Positions 11,482-23,863 of a stretch of DNA of 64,000 nt are shown here, in pieces. The first letter of the stretch is position 1, and every line of letters starts with the position of its first letter. A program made the position numbers and the translations under genes. A model generated the notes under the pieces. That model did not search any database and had not been told where the DNA came from. It worked only from the letters and a program-made list of their open reading frames with translations. Source of the stretch: Tubiluchus corallicola (taxonomy: Eukaryota; Animalia; Priapulida); contig JAQGDQ010000103.1 in NCBI GenBank assembly GCA_030141605.1, positions 310,001-374,000 of the forward strand, given 5' to 3'.

Positions 11482-14340
11482 CTAAATTTACAAAAACAGA
11501 ACTGACATCACAGTAAATATACTAGCTATTCGTGCAAAAAAACATTAATTTTGGCATAACTCCATTTAATTTTTTTATCCATAGAATATTCGTAGTTCCT
11601 GCCAAAACCGCGATGTTAAGGACGATTGTCATTATTGCATGATCAATTTTTTTATTAATAATTAAAGAAACCCCGGATGCTTCTCAAAGATAGATTTTAG
11701 ATATTTCACTGTGATAAGATGGAATTAATAAACTTAATTGTTTATGTATATTCAGCAACTAACCTAACAACTAATTAATTGAATGATGGAGCATGTGACT
11801 TCAAAAAGTTCTGAGTTCGAATCCTGGTTGACACAATTTTTCAATTTTTCTTAGGTATTGCTCCTTCGATTAACTAACTGTTAATTTAATAAATTATTAC
11901 GTTTATTAATTTCTGCTTCTCACAGCTCAATATCTAAAAAATAATTGTTACAGATTGATAGTCCGTTTAGTTAAAATTACAGAAATTTCGTAGATCTTCA
12001 AGTTTCCATTGTAAAGAGGCCTATAGTAATGGGGGTCACTATGCCATCTAACCATCTGCGATGATTGTTTTCGATTAATGATAACCACCATTATATTTGC
12101 CAGGCGGAATAGAAATTGATGCCAATATTTTAACAATTAAGCTATCATAGTCAACATTTCACTATTTGGATCTTTTAGCTCCTATGAAGGCCTAACTGTT
12201 GGAAGTGTTTAAAGAGACTACTTTTTCGCTTGTCGAAGATCGTTATTGACTTTATTCTTAACTTTAACTTGGTAAAAGGACAACAAAACACTTTTTTATA
12301 AATGAAGCTTAAAGAAAAAGCCAAGTCTTTTGGAAAGTTAGGCTTATTTCTATTTTCACAAAAAATGTTAGAATGATTTAGTAACAAAACTGCTTGGTGT
12401 AATATGTAAGATCACTTTAAATTCGCGATCACTTCATGCTTGGGCGCTCTACGATGTACTTACGAAAAGTCACGATCCCCCACTTACGTCGTAATTTTCA
12501 AACGAATGATGGCAACCACCACGGCTGAAAATTTCTATTCAGAATTTAGATTTTGCTACAAATTTTCAAGCCAAAAGAATGTTTTTCGCTATTTATTTTT
12601 TCTTCAACTGCTGCCTGATTGGTGGATCAGTTGCTCAGTCGGTTGCTTATAACACTTACCCAGAGCTGATACTAACCCATTGTAAGTTTTCTACACAACT
12701 CTCCACCTGCAAGCTTTTATCCAGCTCTCGGCGCACGACCATGGTTGCTGGCAGGATCGGGACATAGTTTATTACCAGTTCTCTGAGGTGAGACACTGCA
12801 CCACTAGCTGTATCTTAGACGCATTCTTCCTCAAGAAGGTAAATAGCCAATGGGTAGATGAAATCTCCCAGAAGCAGTTTTCACTACAGCACCCACCCAA
12901 TTAGTAACCAAGCTCGAGTTGCCCAGTTTCAGTCCTTTAAGCACACGCCCGAACGTCGACTAACCTCACGCTACAGACGACTACTGCTGCAAAATGAGGT
13001 AACTGTAAAAGTAATCAAAGTTTTTTCTTCCGTTTAATATTAAATCTTGCTATTGAAATGCGTAAAATCGGCACCTGTTTTGGTTAACATGAAAAAACCA
13101 TAATGCCTAAGCACACCTCCGTAAAATGTAACATGAAGCCTTAGACCCGCTGATTTTTTAAGTAAACCCTTCGACACAGAAACTTCATTCAAAAAGCAGA
13201 TTAATTACACCTGCGCGTTTGATTTTGCTGGTTCACATACTTTATTGCCTTCTAGAAAATTGCAGGATAACAATCGCAAACGCATGTTGCATAATCATTT
13301 TATTGTGAATAAGAGACGACAAGTTAATCTGATTTGCAGATAAGCAGCCAGGTAAAGCGTTTTACCGCCACCATGAAATCTTACCGATAATATACTATCC
13401 CACTTTGACACAATCTACTAAGGATTACTAAGCTTTGGGCCTTTCGTTCTTTGATTTGACTAATGTATACTAATATTCTTCCACTAATGCCTCTACTAAT
13501 TCTTTCAATACACAGTCAACCAGCATGATCAGAGCATTACAACGTGTTATGGATTGTAATTATCAAACGACTGTCACAAACAAATCACGTGACTGCCTTC
13601 ATTTGTAACTAATCTAGGTTTTCCATGAACGCTTGCGTGAACTAATCAATTATAATGTCGTCAAGGAGTTAATTTATCAATTAGGATCAGGAACTGATTG
13701 AGTGATGGCGACACGAAATCAAAGGATGGAATTATTATCACGTGTGAAAATTAATGTGGATTCTGGGCTTCTTCAGTGATTATAATAACACGTATATCAA
13801 ATTAATAGAGCGCACTGATACCAAAAAGATATAAACTATGAGTATAATATGTTGAAAAGGTTGATACATCTTTTGACTTACTTGCTTAAGTTTATCTTTT
13901 GACTTTTAAAGTGGAAAGGTGGCTACGATAAAAAGATTCCACACAGAAAAGGCTTTGGGGAAAACAAAAAAATCGGTAAGTAAGGTAATAATCAACCCGA
14001 GTAATCAGTGACAGAAGTTAATCAATGTTAATTCAGGCTAGCAAAATGTTGGGTGTTTGCCAGGAAAATCGCTTCTGCTGAATATCATCCATTGTACTGC
14101 GGATTAAAAGGAGGAACGTATATATGCTTTTGAACTTAACTAAAGCACTCGTAAAGAATTTCGTCTTACGAAATCACCCGAGATAATTCGATAGGTACCG
14201 GTCGTGCCACAGCCAGTAACTCAGTAAGTAGGAAAACTGGATGTTGTGGTGTTAAAAAATAGATGCCAGGTTGAAGTGATCTGAACGGTGGGAAAAAAAC
14301 AACATCAATTCCAGTTTCATGAACACTTCAATTTGTGTGC

Positions 14341-14933
14341 TTAAAGGAAAACCAGACCAAATCTTATACTGTAACTCAAAACAATCTTCTACCCTACAAA
14401 ATATTTAAAGGGAACACATCATTTTTTCAAGAATGACTTACTTGAAAGAATTAGTACTGCAGAAACCTAATTTTACATTCGCGCGTCTAGTTTTTCGTTG
14501 CTACATGCGTTTTACCATTCGCTAGTTAGATAGGCACTAACACCGGCTTTTCAGAAACACATGCGTGCAAAAAACAGGCGTGGTACCTCTCAGTTCAGAT
14601 GTGTTGAGTTGTGACGTAGCGTGAGCACATCAGTAAACTTGGAATAGGAATTTTTAAACTTAAAATTTGTTACGTTTTCGCGTATCACACTCAATGCTGT
14701 ACAGTAGCACTGTACTTCAATTTTCGCTTTCACAAACATGTGCAACACGGAAGCTGGTGCTGCTGAAATTATGTTCGTTTGTGACATCATCACTAGCTGG
14801 GCCCCGCTTTAGCTTATAACCTGTTATTTAATTTTCAGAAACATTTTGGCATTATTGTAGGTGCTAATGTGTGTGCTTTTTACCGTACTTCAAAATGAGG
14901 CAGGATACGAAAAATCATCCCACTTTCCCTTAA
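14341..14933 (+). mobile_element. TTAA-flanked MITE family B (Kolobok-like), full-length copy
   Basis: TTAA|AGGAAAACC ... aaaaatcatcccactttccc|TTAA. The body (cactgtacttcaattttcgctttc, ccattcgctagttag) is shared with ~1945-2222, 6390-6915, 8791-9330(-) and 34913-35229. Confidence 0.75.
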
Positions 14934-15403
14934 AGGGGAAGAAAAGGGATTTTAAAGTATGTTTCAAAAACGTTCCTTATAATACTACTTAGCATTATGC
15001 TTAGCTTTTGAAAGATTTATGTAACTGGATAAGTATTCGCGCCACCTGGTAAAAGAGTATTGCATCGCCATCCCTGTGTGCACTACTGATTCACCAAAAA
15101 ACACATTACTCATCTTATCGACAAGATAAACTAATTTATACTTTTTGCTTAGTATTGATTTTGCTACGAAAGCTCTGATTATTTTGTCAAGCTTTGCACA
15201 ATGTTATCTAAATTTGTAGCAAACGATTTATGGTTAAAATGTCTGCGCCTAACGGTCATCGCGGGAGTTTAAATTTACGAGTTTTATACAGCGTTGCTGC
15301 TAACACAAACCTTGCATGCAATAAGACAGTATGTAAGTATATAAAACTTCAAGACGAAGGTTTTTTTAAAGCTTTATTTATGAAGGAAGTTTTCTTGTAC
15401 TTC
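14930..15403 (+). mobile_element. TTAA-flanked MITE family A (Kolobok-like)
   Basis: Begins TTAA|AGGGGAAGAAAA and shares a ~470-bp body (gtgcaccactgattcaccaaaaa...gttttatacagcgttgctgc...) with copies near 3598-3804, 15780-15990(-), 16403-16858, 19470-19943(-), 33185-33652, 59883-60357 and 62891-63375. Confidence 0.75.
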
Positions 15404-16402
15404 ATTTCCTATAGTAAATTTGAATAGCATCAACACTCATCCAATGATCAGCAGACTCTGCAACGCTATTATGGTTTTTATTGCACCATTACGCTCTAAA
15501 CTATTATAGGTAATTAAGCAGCCAGCAGACAACGCTGATGCAATTATCGCATCACTATAGTCTAGCTTTACAACAAAATGCAGTTCTGCGAGTTGAACGT
15601 TACAATGTTGTAATGTTACACTGTGCTGCTATAATGTTACAATGACCAGGAGGGGGTGGTTTCATGTAGTTCAACAGCATTTATCTGTTTCTCTTTATTT
15701 GTATTTATCCATTTCGTTTCAGGCACATCACGGGTAAAAAGTAATAAATTTACAAATATTGCATAAACAACAAAATATCCTTTACTTTCATAAAGCTAAA
15801 AAATCGTCTTAAAATTTTGTATCGTCTATATCTTATTGCGCACAGAGCTTGCATTAATTAGCAGTAACGTTGTATAAAACGTCAAAGTTTAAACTCCGTT
15901 AGGCGCAGTCATTTTAACGGTAAGTCGATTGAAACAAGTTTAGGCAATGCTGCATAAAGTGTAAAAATGGTCAGAGCATAGGAAAATGTCACAGGATAGC
16001 AGTCACAATTAATTTTGGCTAGGGTTAGGGTTAGAGTTAGGGTTGTTTCTTTCTTTCCGGTGCCTTTTTATGCTTGTGACTTTTTTACCTGGATTCACTT
16101 CATGTTAACCTTTGCACAGCAAATTAAAGCATCTTATCTTGCAGTGCTGGGAGAATAACCGCTTGCGGCCGTTTGTCTATCTGTGTGTCCTCCAATATGC
16201 CAAGTTTCTCAAAAGCGAGTCGTAGCAATGTAACCAAATGTTTCATGAGGCACGTGATAAACGCCAAAGCTCAGCCTTTAACTTATGTCGAAATGTCAAA
16301 CGTCAAAGTAAAAAGCGATGCTATGAATCTGTTTAGTAGTGTACCTATACATCCTCGCGAATCCTATGGTCATTCAGTCTTGGTTCGCCTATTTTTGAGT
16401 CA

Positions 16403-16858
16403 AAAGGGAAAAGGCAATTTTATGATATGTCCCAAAAAAATTTCCACAAGTTACATTACTTAGTATTATGCTTACCAGTTTGAAAGAATAATATGATGGT
16501 TGGAAAATAATGTAAAATGTCCACGCCTGCTTGTAGAATGCCACTGACTCACCTTCCCAGTGTGCACCACTGATTCACCAAAAATGTATTTTTAATCTTA
16601 TTGACCAAAAAGAGTGTGCTACGAATGCTCTGGTTATTTTTTCAAACTTTACGCAACATTATCTGAACTTATTTCAAACGGCTTAGCGTCAAAATGGCTG
16701 CATCTAACGATTATTGCAGGAATTTAAATTTTCAAGTTTTATGCAGCGTTGCTGTTAATGCAAGCTCTGTGTGCAATAAGGCAGCATAATGTAGGTTACA
16801 CAAAATTTCAGCACGATTTTTTTAGATTTACGAAAGAAAAAGTTTTTTTGTGTTTTAA
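16403..16858 (+). mobile_element. TTAA-flanked MITE family A copy
   Basis: Same body as 14930-15403; ends tttttgtgttTTAA. Confidence 0.7.
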
Positions 16859-17859
16859 GCAACACCTGTGTGGGTGGGCCGGATCTGAGAAAAAACTAAG
16901 ATACATGTACTAAGAACGTAAAAGAAGATACATCTCCATTGAAACTAGGAGCAACGCCCATCAAAAAACCTTTAGAAGAGGCCTAAATTAGGGAGAAGCG
17001 GAACGACACCTGAAACCGCCTAAATTTCGACATTGCGCAACACCTCTTTCCCGACGGCCACGCGGCAGGTCCAACGTTTCTCAGATTTCGCTATTTCCTA
17101 CAAAAACATAATATCACAGTTTTGCAGAATTTATACGAAAACTCCGCATTACTGTAGCTTCAGCTAACTCCCTGGCACAAACCAGGCGTATCTTTGCTAG
17201 GATCAGAAACCATACACCATGGAACTACTTTTATTCATAATTACTTCACAGCGTAAAACGATTAATTTGTATGAATGATTAGCTGCTTATAATACCTAAT
17301 GATTACACTGCTCATCTGTATAAACCGCATATTGTATTAACAGTCAAATGCAATTAGCGCACGTATGAGAGGCAATCAACTATAACATGATCGTGTTGGC
17401 CTCAAAGGTAACAAAATTATGATTACAGTTTATACTAAACAACTACACAAGCGCTTCCTTTCTTGTCGAATCTTCAGTTTAATCATCTCGTTGAAAATTA
17501 CGAAAGGGTAACTCAAAATACATAGCTTTCAGCGATTTTGTTACAAACTTGTTGGCACCAACATTTTAACGCATTATTCTATACACCTATAACACCCTTC
17601 ATTGAACGGGCTATTCAACCATTACCAGCACCACCGGCAGCCCTTTCCCAATCTCCAGAAATAAAAGGCATAAGTTTTCCAAAAACCGGCAAGAAGGGCC
17701 ATTTTGGAGTTTTTTGCCCCCCCGTTCCTCCCGATGGGCTCGATTTGAAAAATAAACTTCCAGGTGCGAACCTGTGGTTGAGAACTTTCGTTTGCTGGCA
17801 TATCGTTAGTTGGCAGCTAATTTCAAAACTGCTTAAATTTAAATATTTATCTTTTCTGC

Positions 17860-18003
17860 CTAGCTTACTTTACCTTGCCATATGTCGCCTTACCTTGCCT
17901 TACCTTTGCTTTATCTTACCATGACTTACCTTTGCTTTATCTTACCATGACTTACCTTAACTTAACTTACCTTACCTTACCTTACAACACTTTACTTTAC
18001 CTT
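17860..18003. repeat. Degenerate (CTTAC)n microsatellite
   Basis: Directly visible. Confidence 0.85.
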
Positions 18004-19469
18004 TATTCATCCCGTACTGTAATTTGTTTAAAAAAATTGCTTTTATTTACAAATTTGTGCATTAATTTTAATGAAACCTGTCTCGAGTAGGGCGAAATAG
18101 CGACTAGACTACCACCACTTAATCTGTTTAATGTAAATAACTGAATTACTTTCTCTTACCTTCTGATATACAGCTAATGTAAAAAAAATTAGGTTAACAT
18201 GATATGCACTATAATGCAACGTAATATGAGAGTGTAAAATAATGTAATCTAACGTAATATTATGTAATGTAAAATAATTTAACGTACGCATTATAATGTA
18301 ACTTGGTGTAATTTAAAATACTTGGGTGTGAGATAATGACGCAATGGAACTCGTTGCAATGTAATATTTAGCAAACAAATATAATCAGGCAATGTAGGAA
18401 TCTTGCTGCGAAGGAAATAGAGACAGAGAGAGTTCTACGCTCGTATCATAAAACACATAGGGCTGGGGTTTTCTAAATGTGAGTAATGCAGTAAGTAATC
18501 TTCAAACTGAAGGACTGGCGTTCAAATTCAAATGTTCGGCAAGGAATGTAAAAATATGTGTATTGAAAAATATAGATAGTTGCGTCGGAAACAGGACAAA
18601 ACTCACAGGACAAAAAATTTGCACAGTATAGACCAAAATTCTGTAAAAGCACTACAAATAGGAATATGACACATTGGAGCTAAACTTGTGACGGAGGTTT
18701 AGAGGAACTTTGTTTCCCTCCACATCAGCAACTCCGATTAAATGTCACACCCATCCAGCACAAGAATACGTATATGCGTAGAATACACCTTTACCTCAGG
18801 AGATACCTTTAACTCATTACCCACATTGTGAAGATTATGAGGCGTGTCTTGAGAAGATTTGTAATCCCTTCACGGAATCTGAGGTGCGCTAGGCTTGTTT
18901 GCCATAATTAATTAATTATCTAATTAATTCAGCTCGAATAATTATTGATGCGCATTCATTAACCAAATTGCAAAGCAGCCTCACACACCTCTCGACCATG
19001 TATGGAGTCCAGACCCAATTAATCGGCCAAGTTATTAATTCGTATTTAGTGGCAAGGAAAAGAAAGCAAGAAAGCAATAAAAAAGAGAAACTGATGAAAC
19101 AAATCGATCTCGGCATGCGCATTACTCGTTTTGAACATTTTGAGTGGTAAAACGTAGTGCGCATGCTCAATCAACATTTAACGCTGATTTGCTTTACCTA
19201 GATGAATAGTAATCACGGACGCGTTAAACTTGACGTTAATTCATTTTAACATTAACTAATCCTATAATAAAGGTGTAATCTTTAGGCTTATTCTTTCCTT
19301 CAGCAGCCAATTATAAAGATATCCACGCACACTGTAATAATTAATTTAGGATGACAGATTGTGAGGCTAGCCTGTCGTTTTCTTGTCTTCTAAATACCTG
19401 GGAATTACAAGCTTAGGCGGACTTTTGGCGTAGCTTAGACGGCTTCGTTAGCTGGGACTATAAGTTCTC

Positions 19470-19943
19470 TTAAAGCACAAGAAAACGCTCTTCATATATA
19501 AAACTTGAAAATTCGTCTTGAAATTTTTATATCACTTACGTACTGTCTTATTCCATTCAGGGCTTGCGTTAGCAGTAACGCTGAATTTTACTTGTAAATT
19601 AAACTTCCGCGGTGATCGCTAAACGCAGCTATTTTAAGGGTAAGTCGTTTGAAACAAGTTTAGATAACACTGTACGAAGTTTGAAAAAATAACCAGACCA
19701 TAAGTAGCACACTCTTCGCTAACTAAGCAAAAGTTTAAATTACATTGTTTTGTCAATAAGATCAATAATGTTTTTGGTGCGCACTGGGATGGCGATGCAA
19801 TGCTGTTTTACAAGTCGGAGCGAACATTTTAAATTATCAAGAATTTTCTTTTCCAGTTACATAAGTCTTTCAAACATGTAAGCGTAATGCTAATATAACT
19901 TTGTATGTGGTATACTTTAAAATTCATTTTTCTTCTCCTTCAA
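19470..19943 (-). mobile_element. TTAA-flanked MITE family A copy (reverse)
   Basis: Starts TTAAAGCACAAGAAAA, the reverse complement of the family A right end; ends ttttcttctccttcaa. Confidence 0.75.
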
Positions 19944-21699
19944 TGATTACACACATTCACAGAAATGTACTGCAATTTAGTTGTGAAAAACAGTGCACGC
20001 GCTGGTGGCGAAATTGTGATGTGACTGGGTGGTCCGTTGAGTGAGTTAATGGTATCTTTGACACATATGATGAGTTGCTAACTTGTTTAGAACTTATATC
20101 AGTCTTGCCCGGGCAGCAAAACCGTTTCTTCTAACAAACTTTTTCAAGTCGCTTAGCACAGAATGTGTAGCTCTAACGGCGCCTTTGGACTCTCTCTGAT
20201 CTGACAGCAAACTCGTAAATGTGAACTGCATTGGATAAGAAATTTACAGTCTAGTGTGAACACCTCGGCGAGTTACTCTCCACACTCCTCGTAGTGAACA
20301 GAGACACGAGTGTCAGCTTGAGCTTTAGGATTGCCACCCTCTCAATTCTATGAGGTCTTTTCAGAAACTAGTCAAGAAATTCTAAGAACAAAGTACATTC
20401 TAACTACATTTTTTAGATTCAAAAAAGCCATAAAAATCTAAAACATACCAAGTGTACATCAATTTTTGATATTTCTTCCCAGTCACATTTTTCGCGTTTT
20501 CTGAGTTTTCTGTGGCTAGTTTAGCAATCAAACTATTAACCACTTAATCTTATGTGAATTAAAGCTAAAGAAGTAGGATACTTGCTTTGCAGCATTTGCA
20601 GCTGCAGCAAAAATTGGCGAAAAATGTAGACGGAATGAAATGATGAAGCCATGCAACTGCTTAAACTTAATTTAGTAAGCTTATTATTACTTTAATTAAC
20701 TGAGATTCAACTGTTTTTTTTACTTCAACTTTTGCAAATTTTCAATAGCTTGCAAGTTGTATTTCCGTTTTTTCCACTTAAATTTCAATATGATGATCGA
20801 AATCAGGAGAGTTCAGAATTTTTCAAAAATCCGACCAAACTACAAATCTATGGCTGAATTTCAGAGACTCTGGGTCAAATCAGCAGTGGTGTAAACCTAA
20901 CGACGCGCTTGCTGTCAGAGAGTACATCGCAGCAAATGTTGCTCCCTAATCTGAACACGCTTGCGAGTTACATGGCGAGCAAACTCGCTAGTCTGAAAAG
21001 GCCGTAAGATCCTGATAAATAAGACGTAATAGCTAAAAACAGATCACCTGTATTCTAAAACTGATCAATGCCTCAAGCTCAAAATGAATGTTATGAAGTG
21101 TTAAATTTTCTAACTCATACTGTAGCTGCTTACTTAAATAAGTTTGTAATAAAAAAATTCCACTTCTACACTGCACATGTAGTTGCTACTAGTACTACCG
21201 TAACACTGCTCTTTCTTAGTGACAATAAACGCCATCATTCCTCTATTCCATTGTACACACACTGTATATGCTGATAGGCTTAATAATTTCCGCATCAATT
21301 CCGCCTGTGTTGTATCGCTAAAATAATATTTTATCTATGGCGCAGTTGCACTAAGCACAATGTAAATATTTAGCTATAATAAGCTGACGTTTATTCAGTT
21401 ATCAGCTGGTGCTTCGGTTCATTCTCCTACATTATAGCAGTCAAAGAAGTCTGATCGATTTAGCATCTTACAAGCTGAAGAGTCTGTTTCATGAGTTACT
21501 AAAATACGTCCTACAGGGATGCACCAGAGGCTTGGGCGGAGTAATGTGGGTGGTATAATATGACAATTTTTCATCGAGCAAACTGAAAAGTAAGAAACTG
21601 ATAGGACTATGCAGTATGCACTGTGGTTAAACTGAACAGAGTTCAAAACCACATGAGCACAAAAATTATCTGTCGCTGTGTGAACAATCAACAGGAAAC

Positions 21700-22145
21700 A
21701 AAGAAGAAAGAATAAACGAATGAAAGAATGAATGAAAAAGGAGAGGAAAAAGAAAAAAGACAGAAAGAAATTAAGAAAGAACGAATGAGAGAGAGAAAAA
21801 TAAATAAATAAACAATGAATCATTATTATTATTAGTAGTATTAGTAGTAGTAGTATTACAACTCTTCATTTATATATAAATAGAATACATAATGATTACA
21901 TATATACTGCCTCTATTTGCAGGCGATATTTTGCTAAGTAGTTATAAGAAGAAAGAATGAACGAAGGAATGAATAAATGAATGAATGAATGAAGGAAGGA
22001 AGGAAGGAAGGAAGCAAGCAAGCAAGCAAAAAGGAAAGATGAAACAGAAAAGTTTGAAAAAAACAAGAACGAAAGCAGAAAGGATGAAAATGAAAGGAAG
22101 AAAACAGACAATAAATCAAATAACTAAACAAACAAATAATAAACA
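21700..22145. repeat. Purine-rich low-complexity tract (GAAT/GAAG/AAAG units)
   Basis: Directly visible. Confidence 0.85.
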
Positions 22146-22855
22146 AAGTAGTAAATTGCAGAGCCAGAATGTTGCAAGCAAACCAACATGGCTGCCTCAG
22201 TATTTCACAAATTTCCTTCAAGTCACGCAAAAGTCGAAACCCGAGAAGCCAAACACTTCATTCTACTTCAACATCCACCTCATTTCCTATAAGATTAAAG
22301 TTAGTAAAGTTTCACGTGTTACACGCGCGCTTCTCGGATAATAAACCAGTAACAATGTTCACTGATTACCTAGAGAAATTCCTGATTACAGAGAAGTTTG
22401 TAGAAAACACGACCCGTGTGACACACAACACCATTAATAAAATGTGACAACCTCCTTTGGCAAGTTGCACATAGCAATTTAACCCCTTTTCTGTCTTTAC
22501 ACAAGCGATAGATTAGTGTTGTAATGGCTAATAACGGAAATACCGCGTAATTAAAAACATTACAGTCTGACAGCTTTTAAATTAACGTTTTTATTACAGA
22601 GAAAGTTCAGAACACAAGGTGCTGCTACACTTTTATTAGCAGGTAAGATATGTCATTAAAACGTAGGTATCAGACAATCCACAAGGCGTAATAAGACATT
22701 GAATTTTACAAGCACACGCCTAACACGTTGATCTTAAAGGAAAGACCAACCTTCGAACAATATTCATTGTATTTTAATATACGCTTAGAAATAATGAAAT
22801 TACAAAATCATGTTCACCCATAAAAATTTAAATGCCTTCCTAAAAATGCAAAAAT

Positions 22856-23392
22856 AAGGAAAGACCAAGCCTTCTGGGAAGTTAGATTTATTCCAATGTT
22901 CGCGAAAAGTGCCAGAAGGATTTAGTAATAAAACTGCAATAAGCGCTTTGTGTAACTAGTAAAATCACTTTAAAATCGCTATCACTTCCTGCTTGAGCGC
23001 TACCATTTTCAAAGTCTATTCTTCTTCCAATGACGTTATTCGTTTTGAAGAAACGTAGAGCACTGTCAATCCTCATCAAAAGTATAATAAGTTTTTACAA
23101 ACAATTAGCTAGCTAATTTTGTAATATTTCTGCGTGAACATTAGGTAAGCTACAGAAGTCTGAATTACTTTAAGCAGCGCGCGCTTACGAAAAGTAAGGA
23201 AGTCTCCCAGTTACGTCTTGATTTTCAAGTGAATGACGGCAACCACCACGCCTGAAAATTTCTATTCTGCGGTAGTATATTTTAAATTCATGCTTTATAG
23301 GCAGTTCTTTTCCATTTTCTTTGTTACATTTTTCAAAGTTTAAGTGATAACAGTAAAATAAACCCAACATAATGACCTCTTCTTTCCTTTAA
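22856..23392 (+). mobile_element. TTAA-type MITE family C copy
   Basis: aaggaaagaccaagccttc ... tctttcctTTAA; body shared with 12309-12560, 6303-6389 and 9330-9696. Confidence 0.68.
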
Positions 23393-23863
23393 TGTACGCT
23401 TACAAATATTGAAATTACAAATCATATATACGTATAAAATGGCTTGCTTAAAAATCCAAAAGAAATTTAAATCATCTCTCGCCAAACGAACCTCGCACGG
23501 CTAACAAAGCTTCGGCAGTTCACACAGAAAGGACTAAATCTTTGTGTCTAACAGTGTTTTTGTAACAGTCAGTCGTCGGATCGATTTGCAATGATTCTAA
23601 AGTGCTTACATAACTTTAATCATAATAATTATACCTCAGAATACTAAGTACTACACATAATAAGAATTATAGATAAGCATGGAAATGTGTGAATCTGCGA
23701 GTATACAGTAAGTGCCAGACAAGTTACTTCTGTTGTTCTATTAAATTATTCTGTTACCTTGTCGGCGTTAACTAGCCGAGTTGGAGGTTATTAAATTATA
23801 GTCGATAATTCGTTTTCATTACGTAGTGGGCAACGGAATTCATCAAAAAACAAAAAATAATAT

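Noticed and set aside
12885-12935. 5S rRNA-like fragment (also ~31645-31700)
   Set aside because: The similarity is short and too degenerate to support without a covariance-model search.
16019-16043. TTAGGG repeats as a telomere or fusion site
   Set aside because: Only about four imperfect units, lying between short inverted repeats (15980-16090) as in a small MITE.
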